Assembly: GCA_963745835.1 (NCBI GenBank)
Contig: CAVUZH010000003.1
Location: forward strand, 1-64,000
DNA length: 64,000 nucleotides
Reading direction: 5' to 3'
Origin: an uncultured delta proteobacterium
GTDB taxonomy: Bacteria > Desulfobacterota > Binatia > UBA9968
Shown: positions 42,224 through 51,741 of the stretch, piece by piece
Layout: each line of letters starts with the position of its first letter
How positions within the stretch are numbered: position 1 is the first letter of the stretch
Translations under genes and position numbers: made by a program
Notes under the pieces: model-generated
What the model was told of the DNA's origin: nothing
Seen by the model: only the letters and a program-made list of their open reading frames with translations
Database searches by the model: none

Positions 42224-43449
42224 GTGAAAGCCTGCTGCCTTTCGAGCTCCTCGAACTGCTCACTGGATAGATTTAGCCATTGGCGCAGGATGTCCCTATT
42301 GTGTTCGCCCAGGCTAGGAGCGCTGCGCGGCCCGGGCAACGAGACCGGTGCAAGAGTAAAGGGTAGGCGGGTCGTCAGCATCGACCCGATCCGTCGCTCT
42401 TCCATGTGTGAAAAAACTCTGCCCGGATCGGGTTCATCGATCACCTGATCGATGCGCCGCACCCGTTCAGCCGGAAGTCCGGCTGCTTTCAGCCGCCGTT
42501 CAGCTTCGGCGCTGGAATACTGTTTGGTCCAAGTTCCAATTTCGCGATCGATCTCGTCGTGATATTCCATGCGGCAGGCGGCACTGCTTAGGCGAGTATC
42601 CGATCTTAATTTGTCACTCCCCAGCACCTCGGCCAGAGCTTTCCACTGGTCGCCGTTCTCAATGCTTAACGCGCACCAATCGTCCGCTCCGGCGCAGCGA
42701 TAAACCCCTTGAGGAGCAACGATGTCCGAACGATTGCCGAGCCGATGCGAAACCTTCCCGTTCACTGCGCTGCTCAGCAACAGAGGTCCAATCATCGCCG
42801 CGCTGCATTCGAACTGGCTCAAATCGATATGACTGCCACGGCCGTTGCCGAGGCGTTTGTCAATCGCCTGCAAAACAGCGAAGCAGGCGTGCAGCCCGCC
42901 AATATAATCATTCCATGAATTGGAAATAGCCGTGGGCGGATCACCTTCGCCGCCAGTGACCGTCATCAGTCCGCTGTATCCTTGCAGGTTCATATTCATG
43001 CTGGTCCAATCGCGGCGCGGACCGTTGTGACCATAACCGGACATGCTGACGTAAATGATTCTCGGGTTGAGCTTTTCAATCGTCGCAAAATCGAGCTTGA
43101 GCCTGCCCATAACGCCGGCGCTGAAGTTTTCGATCACCACATCCGCAACCGCGGCTAGCTTGAGGGCGATTCGTTGTCCTGCATCGTTTTTAAGATCGAT
43201 GCTGATCGAACGTTTGCTGCGGTTGGTATTTAAATAGGAAGCATGGCGCTGGTCATCGCTGATGTATGTCGATTGCCAGGGATGGTCGGGATGCTTGCTG
43301 CTTTCCACCCGAACCACGTCCGCGCCTAAATCGGCGAGCAGGCGGGTGCAGAACGGCCCCGCCAGGACGTGGGTGAAGTCCAGCACACGAATATGATCGA
43401 GTGGCGCAGGAACAGCGGTGCGACTAGAACCGCCGGGGTTAGCGGACAT
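42220..43449 (-). CDS. Class III CoA-transferase (CaiB/BaiF)
   Basis: PLDHIRVLDFTHVLAGPFCTRLLADLGADVVRVE, NRSKRS, ENFSAG, SGYG, catalytic Asp in WNDY. Confidence 0.93.
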   Translation of the reverse strand: MSANPGGSSRTAVPAPLDHIRVLDFTHVLAGPFCTRLLADLGADVVRVESSKHPDHPWQSTYISDDQRHASYLNTNRSKRSISIDLKNDAGQRIALKLAAVADVVIENFSAGVMGRLKLDFATIEKLNPRIIYVSMSGYGHNGPRRDWTSMNMNLQGYSGLMTVTGGEGDPPTAISNSWNDYIGGLHACFAVLQAIDKRLGNGRGSHIDLSQFECSAAMIGPLLLSSAVNGKVSHRLGNRSDIVAPQGVYRCAGADDWCALSIENGDQWKALAEVLGSDKLRSDTRLSSAACRMEYHDEIDREIGTWTKQYSSAEAERRLKAAGLPAERVRRIDQVIDEPDPGRVFSHMEERRIGSMLTTRLPFTLAPVSLPGPRSAPSLGEHNRDILRQWLNLSSEQFEELERQQAFT

Positions 43450-44407
43450 TGAGTTCCCTTTGTGCTTGTTGGAGCAGATCGCGGCTGGCTACCTGGCTCA
43501 GCGGAATGTCTTTCTTTAGGTTTGCCCGCTCGAGCTCGTAGCGGACTAGATCCTTGAGTGCCTGATCAGACAAGCCGCCATCGCCGCTGTAGCAGGGCAG
43601 GTAGTTGTCAAAAGCAGCGCGTGTGGTGGCGAGATCGAGCTTCAACCACTTGGAAGCGATGGCGACGCTTTCTTCCTGGTGATCTCTGATAAATTGAAGA
43701 GCTTCGATCGTTCCCTTGATCGTTCGCTTTACCTGTTCAGGCGATTGCTTCAGGTTCTTGTCTGTCACAACCATGGCGTTTTGCGTCAGCGGAACATGGT
43801 CGCGCGTCCACAAGAGAACTTTGTAGCCTCTTTTGGCTCCAAAGATATCCGCCGGCGATGAGACGAAAGCCGCATCAATTTTTCCCGCATCCATCGCCGC
43901 TAACCGGGCGGTATTATCTCCTCCGGGTAAAAGATTGACGTCCTTACCGGGTTCTATCCCGGCTTGACGAAACAGGGTTACGCTTGTCAGGTACAACTGG
44001 CTGCCGAACGTGCTGATGCCGATGGTTTTGCCGCGCAAATCGGTTAATTTCTGCACCTCGGGTTTGACCAATAGAAGATAGCCGAGTTTGTCTTGTGTGG
44101 TCATCACCAACTTTATCGGCAGCCCTTTTATCGCACCTGCAATGCCGGGTCCGGTGCAGACGGCGTAATCCAAGTCATCGGAGAGAAGAGCGTTGGTGGC
44201 AATCGCGCAAGGCACCAACACATGCTCGGAGTTGATTCCATGCTTACTGTAGAATCCTTTCTTTTCCGCCAAGACCGTTGGCAGGAAGCCCAGCGATGCC
44301 GCGGAGATCCCAATGCGAACTCGCTCTTGCGAGTGCGCCAACGCTTGCGGCCAAACAATAAGCGCGAACAGCGTTAACCCGAGTCTTGTCACGTTTTTGG
44401 TTTTCAT
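43439..44407 (-). CDS. NMT1/SsuA-like ABC substrate-binding protein
   Basis: Signal peptide, AEKKGFYSKHG, DLRGKTIG, GKIDA. Confidence 0.88.
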   Translation of the reverse strand: MKTKNVTRLGLTLFALIVWPQALAHSQERVRIGISAASLGFLPTVLAEKKGFYSKHGINSEHVLVPCAIATNALLSDDLDYAVCTGPGIAGAIKGLPIKLVMTTQDKLGYLLLVKPEVQKLTDLRGKTIGISTFGSQLYLTSVTLFRQAGIEPGKDVNLLPGGDNTARLAAMDAGKIDAAFVSSPADIFGAKRGYKVLLWTRDHVPLTQNAMVVTDKNLKQSPEQVKRTIKGTIEALQFIRDHQEESVAIASKWLKLDLATTRAAFDNYLPCYSGDGGLSDQALKDLVRYELERANLKKDIPLSQVASRDLLQQAQRELNVR

Positions 44408-45405
44408 TTTTCTATTCTCGTGAAAAAACCGTCTTGATCTATTTCTTTGATCAACGATCCATCAAAAAACTCGGCGGCCTTCATGCCTTCGAGTTTTGGG
44501 GTTGAGTCCCTGAGGTCCTCGATACTCGCCTGAATGGCATCCTCCCGTGGATAGGGCTTGGCGGGAATCGCCTCCAGAAACTGAACTCTGTAGGTAAACT
44601 CCAACAGCTTCGGGTTATCGACCCGCATGTATTTGCGGAACGCCTGATAGGCAAGCTCTTTGTTTTTTCTGCCGGCCGCAATCGCCTCACTGTAAGCCAT
44701 GAAAAAGGCCTTGAGCCGCGGCCGATAGTCTTTCAGAATCTGCCGGGTGGTATTGATCTCGCTCCCCGGTGAAGGAACGCCAAAGTCCTTCGGTTCGCCC
44801 AGCACTGAAATCGTTTGCCCGCTCAATTCGGTAAATTGAAAGACTTTGTCGGATTCCCCGATAGTTGCATCGATCTTACCCTGGAACATGAGTTGGATTC
44901 TCTTATCCGATTCGCTCACGCCGGTGGGAATCAGCGACACGTCTTTACCCGGGGTAAAGCTTAGCTTGGTGAGGATTCGACGCAGGAGAAAATCGGTGCC
45001 CGCGCCGATGCGGCTGCTGCCGATGATTTTTCCCCTCAGCTCCGAGGCGGATTTGATCGAAGGCACTGCGATGAGCTGGTACGGCAATGTGCCGTTGGTG
45101 GAAACCGTTACAATCGGCGCGCCGCGGGCGACCGCGCCCACGACACCCGAGCTGGAATCGGTGGTTAAATGGACATTGCCGCCGAGTAGGGCAGTCAGGG
45201 ATACGCTGCCAGCGGCGATGCTAACAAGTTTTACGTCGAGCCCATATTTTTCGTACAGTCCGAGATCTTTGGCGATCCACAAGGGCGCGCGGTTGCCGGT
45301 GAACGAACTATAAGAGACAACCAGCGGTTGAAGCGTTCGTTCTTGCGCCTCGCCTATGCTTGCAAGTGCCAGCGCCAGCAACAGAATAGCATTCTGCCAA
45401 GCCAT
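44404..45405 (-). CDS. NMT1/SsuA-like ABC substrate-binding protein
   Basis: PLWIAKDLGLYEKYGLD, ELRGKIIG, GKIDA. Confidence 0.88.
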   Translation of the reverse strand: MAWQNAILLLALALASIGEAQERTLQPLVVSYSSFTGNRAPLWIAKDLGLYEKYGLDVKLVSIAAGSVSLTALLGGNVHLTTDSSSGVVGAVARGAPIVTVSTNGTLPYQLIAVPSIKSASELRGKIIGSSRIGAGTDFLLRRILTKLSFTPGKDVSLIPTGVSESDKRIQLMFQGKIDATIGESDKVFQFTELSGQTISVLGEPKDFGVPSPGSEINTTRQILKDYRPRLKAFFMAYSEAIAAGRKNKELAYQAFRKYMRVDNPKLLEFTYRVQFLEAIPAKPYPREDAIQASIEDLRDSTPKLEGMKAAEFFDGSLIKEIDQDGFFTRIEK

Positions 45406-45632
45406 CGAACCTCCTCTGCCGTGAATCAGATTATGAAGGCGGTTTCTGTTTAATTTCCTTCCGGCGCGTTCTTTCTATACATTCTTTTTTCCAGAGCAAC
45501 AACGTGGCGCATTCAGGTTGCAAGGCTAACGCGGGTGGATTAAAAGAACTTTAGCGAATGCAAACATCGCATCGATGGAGAGCTGGAGAAGTCATTTAAT
45601 CAAACTTGGGCAGGCGAACAGAGGAGGTTCAA

Positions 45633-46490
45633 ATGGAGCTGCAACAACGTCATTCTCGCGGCAACGTATTCTGGCCCGGCAACAATCGGATCGCGGTGTT
45701 TCTAAGCTTTGATTTCCAAGGCGGCGAGGATATTCGGGCGGACAAGAATGGCAGGATCAATCATGAAGAGTACACTCAGGCTGAATACGGCCCCAATACC
45801 GGGATCTGGCGAATCCTGCGCATCCTTTCGGCCAACGATGTAAAGGCAACATTTCTTACCTGCGGCGGGATCGCAGAAAGGTACCCGGAAGCCGTTGCAG
45901 CGATCATCGCTCAAGGGCACGAAGTGGCGGGCCATGGCTATCATCATGAAGTTGCCCGTGATCTGAGCAAGGAGGAGGAGCGCGATGTCATGAAGCGAAC
46001 CAGTGAAATGCTTCTCAACCGCGCCCAAAAACCGCCGGTCGGATGGCGTTCGTGCACGCAAAGCCCGAATAGCTTGGAATTGCTGATGGAACACGGATTC
46101 CTGTGGAACAGCAATTCTTTCTCGTTTGATTTACCGTTTGTCTGGCAAAATGGAGACAAGCAACTCGTCGAACTACCCCGACAACCGTTTGGCGACGGCA
46201 GGACCTACGGCCATCGAGATTCAGGCAATCCAAAGGACACGTTAGCGGTGTGGAAGGGTATGTTCGACCAGTTCTATGAAGAGTCAAAAATAGCGCCGAC
46301 GTTCTGCCCGTTCCAATTTCACCCATATATTTCTAGCCGGCCCGGCCGAGCCAAGACATTGTCTGATTTGATCGAATATATGAAATCTCACGAGGGCGTT
46401 TGGTTCGCTACCGGTAGTGAAGTTGCAAAGTGGTGGCTTGAGAACGGCTTTTCAGCCGAGTCGACAGCGCAAGTTTCCAAGGTAGCCTAA
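45633..46490 (+). CDS. Polysaccharide deacetylase family protein
   Basis: YGPNTGIWRIL, ATFL, GHEVAGHGYHH, PVGWR, HPYISSRPGR. Confidence 0.9.
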   Translation: MELQQRHSRGNVFWPGNNRIAVFLSFDFQGGEDIRADKNGRINHEEYTQAEYGPNTGIWRILRILSANDVKATFLTCGGIAERYPEAVAAIIAQGHEVAGHGYHHEVARDLSKEEERDVMKRTSEMLLNRAQKPPVGWRSCTQSPNSLELLMEHGFLWNSNSFSFDLPFVWQNGDKQLVELPRQPFGDGRTYGHRDSGNPKDTLAVWKGMFDQFYEESKIAPTFCPFQFHPYISSRPGRAKTLSDLIEYMKSHEGVWFATGSEVAKWWLENGFSAESTAQVSKVA

Positions 46491-46547
46491 AGTACTGGGC
46501 TTGTGGCGCTCGTTGAGCGTCACAAGCCTCTAGCAATCCAGCCGTTA

Positions 46548-47099
46548 TCAATACGACCGAAATAGAAAACGTACTTTCTTCCGCAGCCGGCGCCCCATTC
46601 GCTTTTTCAACGCGAACCAAATCCGCAGCAGCCAATTCCTGGAGAACCAGGCAAAAGAGGTGGATGTGGTTATCCACTGATGATTGAATTCAAACCGCGC
46701 TTTGAATTTCCTGATTTGTAGAGTTTTGCCGAACTTTCTTTTGAAGATTGCTTTTACGCTGACCGCGTTGCGCGCTTCAACGAAAACGGTGATCGTTTCG
46801 ATTGGCAACAGTTGGCGCACGCGCGAGATCTTCAGCGCCAGCGCCTCTTCGTTACGCGCGCTGGTCTCGATTAAGTTGTTCAATAGTTCGGGGTCTATCG
46901 TCGCCTTGTTGATGACCTCCCTGCGGGCCGCAAGTTCTTCGCCGCCGTCATCCGTATAACCCGCCACGATAAAATAGGTCTTGTGCTTGGAGGTCTGCAT
47001 CGACTTTTGCCACCAGTCGATCGCTTTCTCAAAGCCGATGCGTGATGCTTGTGAAAGATTCCTTGAACCGGCGCAGCCGTAGGGCATTGCTACGATCAC
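46548..47099 (-). CDS. Hypothetical protein, possibly degenerate DUF218/YdcF-like
   Basis: Alpha/beta pattern with a basic, aromatic C-terminal helix. Confidence 0.65.
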   Translation of the reverse strand: MIVAMPYGCAGSRNLSQASRIGFEKAIDWWQKSMQTSKHKTYFIVAGYTDDGGEELAARREVINKATIDPELLNNLIETSARNEEALALKISRVRQLLPIETITVFVEARNAVSVKAIFKRKFGKTLQIRKFKARFEFNHQWITTSTSFAWFSRNWLLRIWFALKKRMGRRLRKKVRFLFRSY

Positions 47100-47416
47100 A
47101 ATCGAAATGGTCGTGGTCTCCTTTACTGTTAGGCTTTGCGGCGGGTAAAGGTCAGGATTGGTAAATCGTCACGTCCACCGGCTTGCCGCCGACCGCCAGA
47201 TCGAATACTCGTTCAATGCCATCAGCAGATCCATCTGCTTGGAGCAAACCTGCGTGTCCATTTTTGCCGGTGATTCATTTATCTTCATCTGCTGATTCGA
47301 AATGCACGGACTGTTTGCCTTGATGCGGCGATGGTTTGGCCATGGTTTACTTCGCTGCCAACCGGTGTCGTGAGGCATATGCTTTTCGACGATTTGTTTT
47401 CACGTGTTAGTCGATT

Positions 47417-48463
47417 TTACGGAGGTGGGCGTGCGGCCTGACGCTCCTTATAGAGATTATCGACGAAACCGCTGGAGACCAATTCACGAACGAATTTCGA
47501 TTCCACGAACTTCGCGGGCTCAATTCGAGGCGGTATCGGTCGTGTCGCAGCGAGCTCGTCTAAGATGGTTTGAACTCCCGCCTGCGTAGCTTCCGGGACT
47601 CTCTTGAAATGTTTCCTAGCGTAGACTTCGTAAATTTTCTCGACGGCAGGAGTGGTCTTTTGCTTGGTATATTTCTCCAGTGTCATCAGCGCGGTTCTTT
47701 TATCGGTTTTGAATCGATGAATCCCCTCCACGTAAGCCTTCATAAAGCGCGTGACCAGATCGGGTTCTTTCTTGAGAAATGACTGGCGCGCGGCGAACGG
47801 CCCAAAGGGATAAACCAATTCGGATGGAATATCGGCCAGACGAATGTATCCTTCGCTCTCGGCCCGCAGTGTCTCGGGACCGATCGAAAGCACGCCGCTC
47901 TGAACCGAGCCGCTCTTCAGAGCGGCAAAGACTTGCGGCCCGGAACCGGCTTGGAAAATGCCGACGTCTTTGTCGGCTTGCATGCCCCATTTCTTCAGCA
48001 GATAGCGCGCCACAAAATCCGTGGTCGCGCCGATGCGACTGACCCCAAGCTTTGTGCCCCTGAGTTGGGCCGGCTGCTTGATGCGGGGAATCGACCAGAG
48101 TTCGAAAGGTAGGGAATCAATGCTGGCGCCGAGCAGCACGACATCAGAGCCCGAGAGATTGGCCGCCACGGTGGCACCGGCAGCGGTGAAGGAGATAGCC
48201 ACATCGCCTGCGATCAAGGCTTGTAACGACGGCGGCCCGCCGGCAATGTAGATGAATTCCGGATCGATGCCGTGCTTTTTGAAGATTCCCGCCTCTTGGG
48301 TGATCCAGAGCGGGCCGTAAACCACGGCAATGGACGTATAGGCGATCCGCAAAGGCTCTGCGCCGGAAGTTGTTGAGAGGCTTAGAAAGATGATGACCAG
48401 CCAGAATCGGCCGAATGGATACCGTAAAGAACCAAGAAAATTTATCCGATTGTCTCTATCCAT
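47417..48463 (-). CDS. NMT1/SsuA-like ABC substrate-binding protein
   Basis: PLWITQEAGIFKKHG, QLRGTKLG, FMKAYVEGI. Confidence 0.88.
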   Translation of the reverse strand: MDRDNRINFLGSLRYPFGRFWLVIIFLSLSTTSGAEPLRIAYTSIAVVYGPLWITQEAGIFKKHGIDPEFIYIAGGPPSLQALIAGDVAISFTAAGATVAANLSGSDVVLLGASIDSLPFELWSIPRIKQPAQLRGTKLGVSRIGATTDFVARYLLKKWGMQADKDVGIFQAGSGPQVFAALKSGSVQSGVLSIGPETLRAESEGYIRLADIPSELVYPFGPFAARQSFLKKEPDLVTRFMKAYVEGIHRFKTDKRTALMTLEKYTKQKTTPAVEKIYEVYARKHFKRVPEATQAGVQTILDELAATRPIPPRIEPAKFVESKFVRELVSSGFVDNLYKERQAARPPP

Positions 48464-48650
48464 TCGTGGGTGCTCGTGAGCAATCTGTAAGTTAGATTAC
48501 CCTCTTCTGTCAAGTAATTGAAGCTGTGGTGGACCGGGCGGTCAACTTAGGATCGGATAGGCAGCGCTTTCTCTCATCCCCGGAACTGTAAACTTTTGCT
48601 GCTCTGACGCGTCCAACTCTCTGAGACACGTCAATCTAGAAAGGAACAAC

Positions 48651-49040
48651 ATGAAAAAATCAATTCTGATCGGCCTGAGCGTTTTAGTCCTTGGCAGTGC
48701 GGTAACGGCTTCGGCTGATGATCGCTCATATGACCGCCGCGGCGATCGGATCAACCAACGGTTGGACGCGCGAGGGGCGCGTATCAATCAGCATCTCGAT
48801 GCCAGAGGCGATCGCATCAACGATAGGTTCGATGCCAGAGCGGCAAGGGCCAGAGCGGATGGCAAGTACAAATTAGCTGAACGATTCGATCGGAAAGGCG
48901 ACCGCATCGAGCGTCATCTGGACAAGAAAGGCGACCGGATCGAGGCCTATTGGGATCGCCGAGGTGATCGTATCGATCACAGATTTGATCGACGTGACCA
49001 GAATCGAGACCGCTTCAATCATAACGGCTACCATCGGTAA
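48651..49040 (+). CDS. Secreted 11-residue repeat protein
   Basis: Signal peptide ending ASA; repeated D(R/A/K)(R/K)GDRIxx(R/H)(L/F). Confidence 0.8.
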   Translation: MKKSILIGLSVLVLGSAVTASADDRSYDRRGDRINQRLDARGARINQHLDARGDRINDRFDARAARARADGKYKLAERFDRKGDRIERHLDKKGDRIEAYWDRRGDRIDHRFDRRDQNRDRFNHNGYHR

Positions 49041-49053
49041 CCAAGAACAATGA

Positions 49054-49095
49054 CAGCCAAGCCCCGGAGCAGCGAATCGTACCGGGGCTTGGCTG
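49054..49095. terminator. Hairpin between convergent genes
   Basis: CAGCCAAGCCCCGG / CCGGGGCTTGGCTG 14-bp perfect stem. Confidence 0.6.
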
Positions 49096-49129
49096 ATGGT
49101 TCGTTTGCTATCCCGCACGGCAGCCCATG

Positions 49130-50395
49130 CTAGTCTTGAAAGTACTCCTTGAAGCCAGTCACCATGATATTTGCCAATCTCTCGTTGTGACTTTCGACAT
49201 GCCCGTAGTGCGTGAGGTTCGGAATGTGAACCAGCCGCAGCCCGACGGCGTACGGAGCGAAACGTTTGAAGGCATAAACCTCCCGGCGAAACTCCAACCC
49301 TTTCTCGCCGCCCTCGATCCAGTGACCTTTATCGTATTCGCCGACGATGTGGAGCATTTTCTTGCCGCGCAGGCGATTTAAATCCGATTTGTAAGTGATG
49401 AATAGTTCCTCGTCGGGCAGGCCGGAAATCCTGCGAATCTCGGGCATCAAGATATCGTGAGCGCTGTGCTCGATATCTTGTAAAAACGGTTTGAATTGAG
49501 GCCGGCGATGGTTCTCCAACTCGAACCAATTCTCGGCGTTGCCCCAGGGCTGATTCGGCCCGACATACCCGCTCTTGATGTAACCTTTGGGAGAGCGGCG
49601 ACTGAGATCGGTGAGATTGCGAAACGGCGCGGCGCGTTCTTCGGCAGATTTCGTGGCGCACGCGAGATCCCATTCCTTGCGCACCCAGGCCGGCATGCCG
49701 GTGCCGAACCCCAAGCCCCCGATCAGTTTGTTTTTCAGTCCATACTGTTCCATCAGATAAAAATATTCGCCGCCTGTGGAATGCCCCCACATGAAAATAT
49801 CTTGATCGGGCAAACTTCGCTCGACCAGTGTCCTGATCGCTTCGGTGCACATGCGAAAAGTATAAACGGCCAGCCGGTTTCTAAGCTCCGTGTCGCCTGG
49901 AGTTTCACCGATGACAAACTCGGGGCGGCGCTCGGCGATGGGCAGCCAAGGTTTGCGGCTGTAATGGCCGGGCAGCGAGACCGCCAGCACCGGGATACCG
50001 AGAGAAGCAATATGCTGGGCAACGCCTACCCGTGCTCCAGCCGGATCGGTCCTAGTCAGGTCCGGATACTCTTCAGGACCATCCGGGGTAAAGATAAACT
50101 CGTACTCGTTGGCCGCGCCGCCGTGAATCATGACCACGGCGATATTGCCGATCGATGCTTTGACGGGCTTGAACAGCCGGCCATGGATGTCCCACTGAAA
50201 CAGCTCTGCCGATTTCTCCGGATTGGCATAACGATGAATCGTTTGTTGCACTTCTTGGACGGTAAACTCCGTGCGCGCGAACGGATCGGGGAGTGTTCTA
50301 TAATCATCAAAGGTCATGTAATAGATAAAGTCGTCGAGCAAGCCGGTACCGTGCTTTAGCGCGGCAACCAGCGTGCTGATTGCGTCCTGGCTCAT
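49130..50395 (-). CDS. Alpha/beta hydrolase fold protein
   Basis: HGG oxyanion motif, SLPGH, GHSTGG nucleophile, C-terminal TH. Confidence 0.8.
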   Translation of the reverse strand: MSQDAISTLVAALKHGTGLLDDFIYYMTFDDYRTLPDPFARTEFTVQEVQQTIHRYANPEKSAELFQWDIHGRLFKPVKASIGNIAVVMIHGGAANEYEFIFTPDGPEEYPDLTRTDPAGARVGVAQHIASLGIPVLAVSLPGHYSRKPWLPIAERRPEFVIGETPGDTELRNRLAVYTFRMCTEAIRTLVERSLPDQDIFMWGHSTGGEYFYLMEQYGLKNKLIGGLGFGTGMPAWVRKEWDLACATKSAEERAAPFRNLTDLSRRSPKGYIKSGYVGPNQPWGNAENWFELENHRRPQFKPFLQDIEHSAHDILMPEIRRISGLPDEELFITYKSDLNRLRGKKMLHIVGEYDKGHWIEGGEKGLEFRREVYAFKRFAPYAVGLRLVHIPNLTHYGHVESHNERLANIMVTGFKEYFQD

Positions 50396-50572
50396 TCGTT
50401 CCTCCCTAACTGGTAGATTGTTCGTTCTGATCTCGACCCCTACCTATCTTGCGAGCGGCTGCCGATGTCAACCGCATCGCAACTTTACATTAGCTCGTCA
50501 TTGCACGGGGCTGCTTGATGGATCGTGGAGAACTAGGATAAAGAACAGTAAGAAGGCCAAGGAGGCTATCAG

Positions 50573-51664
50573 ATGAGTGGAGATTCGCAGAAGGCTTCGT
50601 ACGAGAAAGTAGACCGTAAAGCCGAGGTGATGGACACCCCTTATGACCGCTGGATTGCGTCGCAGGGAATCGATGTGATCAGAGGGTTCTTCGTGGAGGA
50701 TCTCTATACGATCCCGCTTAAATGGTGGGACCGGATCGGCGGTAACGGGGTTTATATCATGCTTGACGGCACCGGCTATCTCGACGATGCCTATGTTTGC
50801 GGCATCCCGCCCGGTAAGAGCCTCAATCCGCAGAGACACATATACGAAGCGCTGATTTATGTTCTCGATGGTCGGGGGGCGACGACGGTTTGGCAGACCA
50901 ATGGCAGCAAGCAAAGTTTCGAATGGCAGACCGGCAGTCTTTTCGCGATTCCGTTAAATTCCTGGTACCAGCATTTCAACGGCCAGGGTCACCGCGAGGC
51001 GCGGTTGCTGGCGGTGACCACGGCGCCGCTGGTTTTTAATTTGTTTCACTGCGAAGACTTTGTTATCAACAATCCCTATTCATTCACCGACCGGTTTAAG
51101 GGCGAAGAGGGATTTTTCGGCGGCAAGGGCACGCTCTACAGCGACCGAGTCGTCGAGACCAATTTTGTTGCCGATACTATCAATATCGAACCGGTGGCCT
51201 GGACCGAACGCGGCAAGGGTAATGCAACGATCTTCTTCGAGATGTCGGACAGCATGATGGGTTCGCACGTTTCGCGCTTTCCGGTGGGCATTTACAAGAA
51301 GGCCCATCGTCATGGGCCGGGGGCGCATGTGTTTATTCTCACCGGGAGAGGCTACTCGTTACTATGGCCGGAAGGCAAAGAGATGACCCGAGTCGATTGG
51401 AAGCCAGGTTCCATCGTCGTGCCGCCTGAAGGCTGGTTTCATCAACATTTCAATTCCAGCCCGGAGCCGGCGCGATATCTAGCTCTAAAAATCCTCAGCC
51501 GAAAATACAAGCTTCAGCCGGGAAAAATTCAGTCCGATGTGCCGCTGGCATTCGGCGGTTGGCAGATCGAGTATGAGGATGAGGATCAGATGATCCGCAA
51601 AATCTTCGAAGCGGAATGCGCCAAGTCGGGCGCGGAAGTTCGTATGCCGGCCATAGCGCTGTAG
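50573..51664 (+). CDS. Double cupin-domain protein (gentisate 1,2-dioxygenase-like)
   Basis: QRHIYE...YQHFN and AHRHGPG...WFHQHFN cupin motifs. Confidence 0.82.
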   Translation: MSGDSQKASYEKVDRKAEVMDTPYDRWIASQGIDVIRGFFVEDLYTIPLKWWDRIGGNGVYIMLDGTGYLDDAYVCGIPPGKSLNPQRHIYEALIYVLDGRGATTVWQTNGSKQSFEWQTGSLFAIPLNSWYQHFNGQGHREARLLAVTTAPLVFNLFHCEDFVINNPYSFTDRFKGEEGFFGGKGTLYSDRVVETNFVADTINIEPVAWTERGKGNATIFFEMSDSMMGSHVSRFPVGIYKKAHRHGPGAHVFILTGRGYSLLWPEGKEMTRVDWKPGSIVVPPEGWFHQHFNSSPEPARYLALKILSRKYKLQPGKIQSDVPLAFGGWQIEYEDEDQMIRKIFEAECAKSGAEVRMPAIAL

Positions 51665-51741
51665 CTGATGTGCCCGGGACTATGGTTTTGATAAGAATCC
51701 GTTAAAATAAAGCACAAGTTTGCCACAACCAGGAGAAAGCC

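Noticed and set aside
47169-47378. 69-aa ORF
   Set aside because: No motif or clear RBS; not supportable as a gene.
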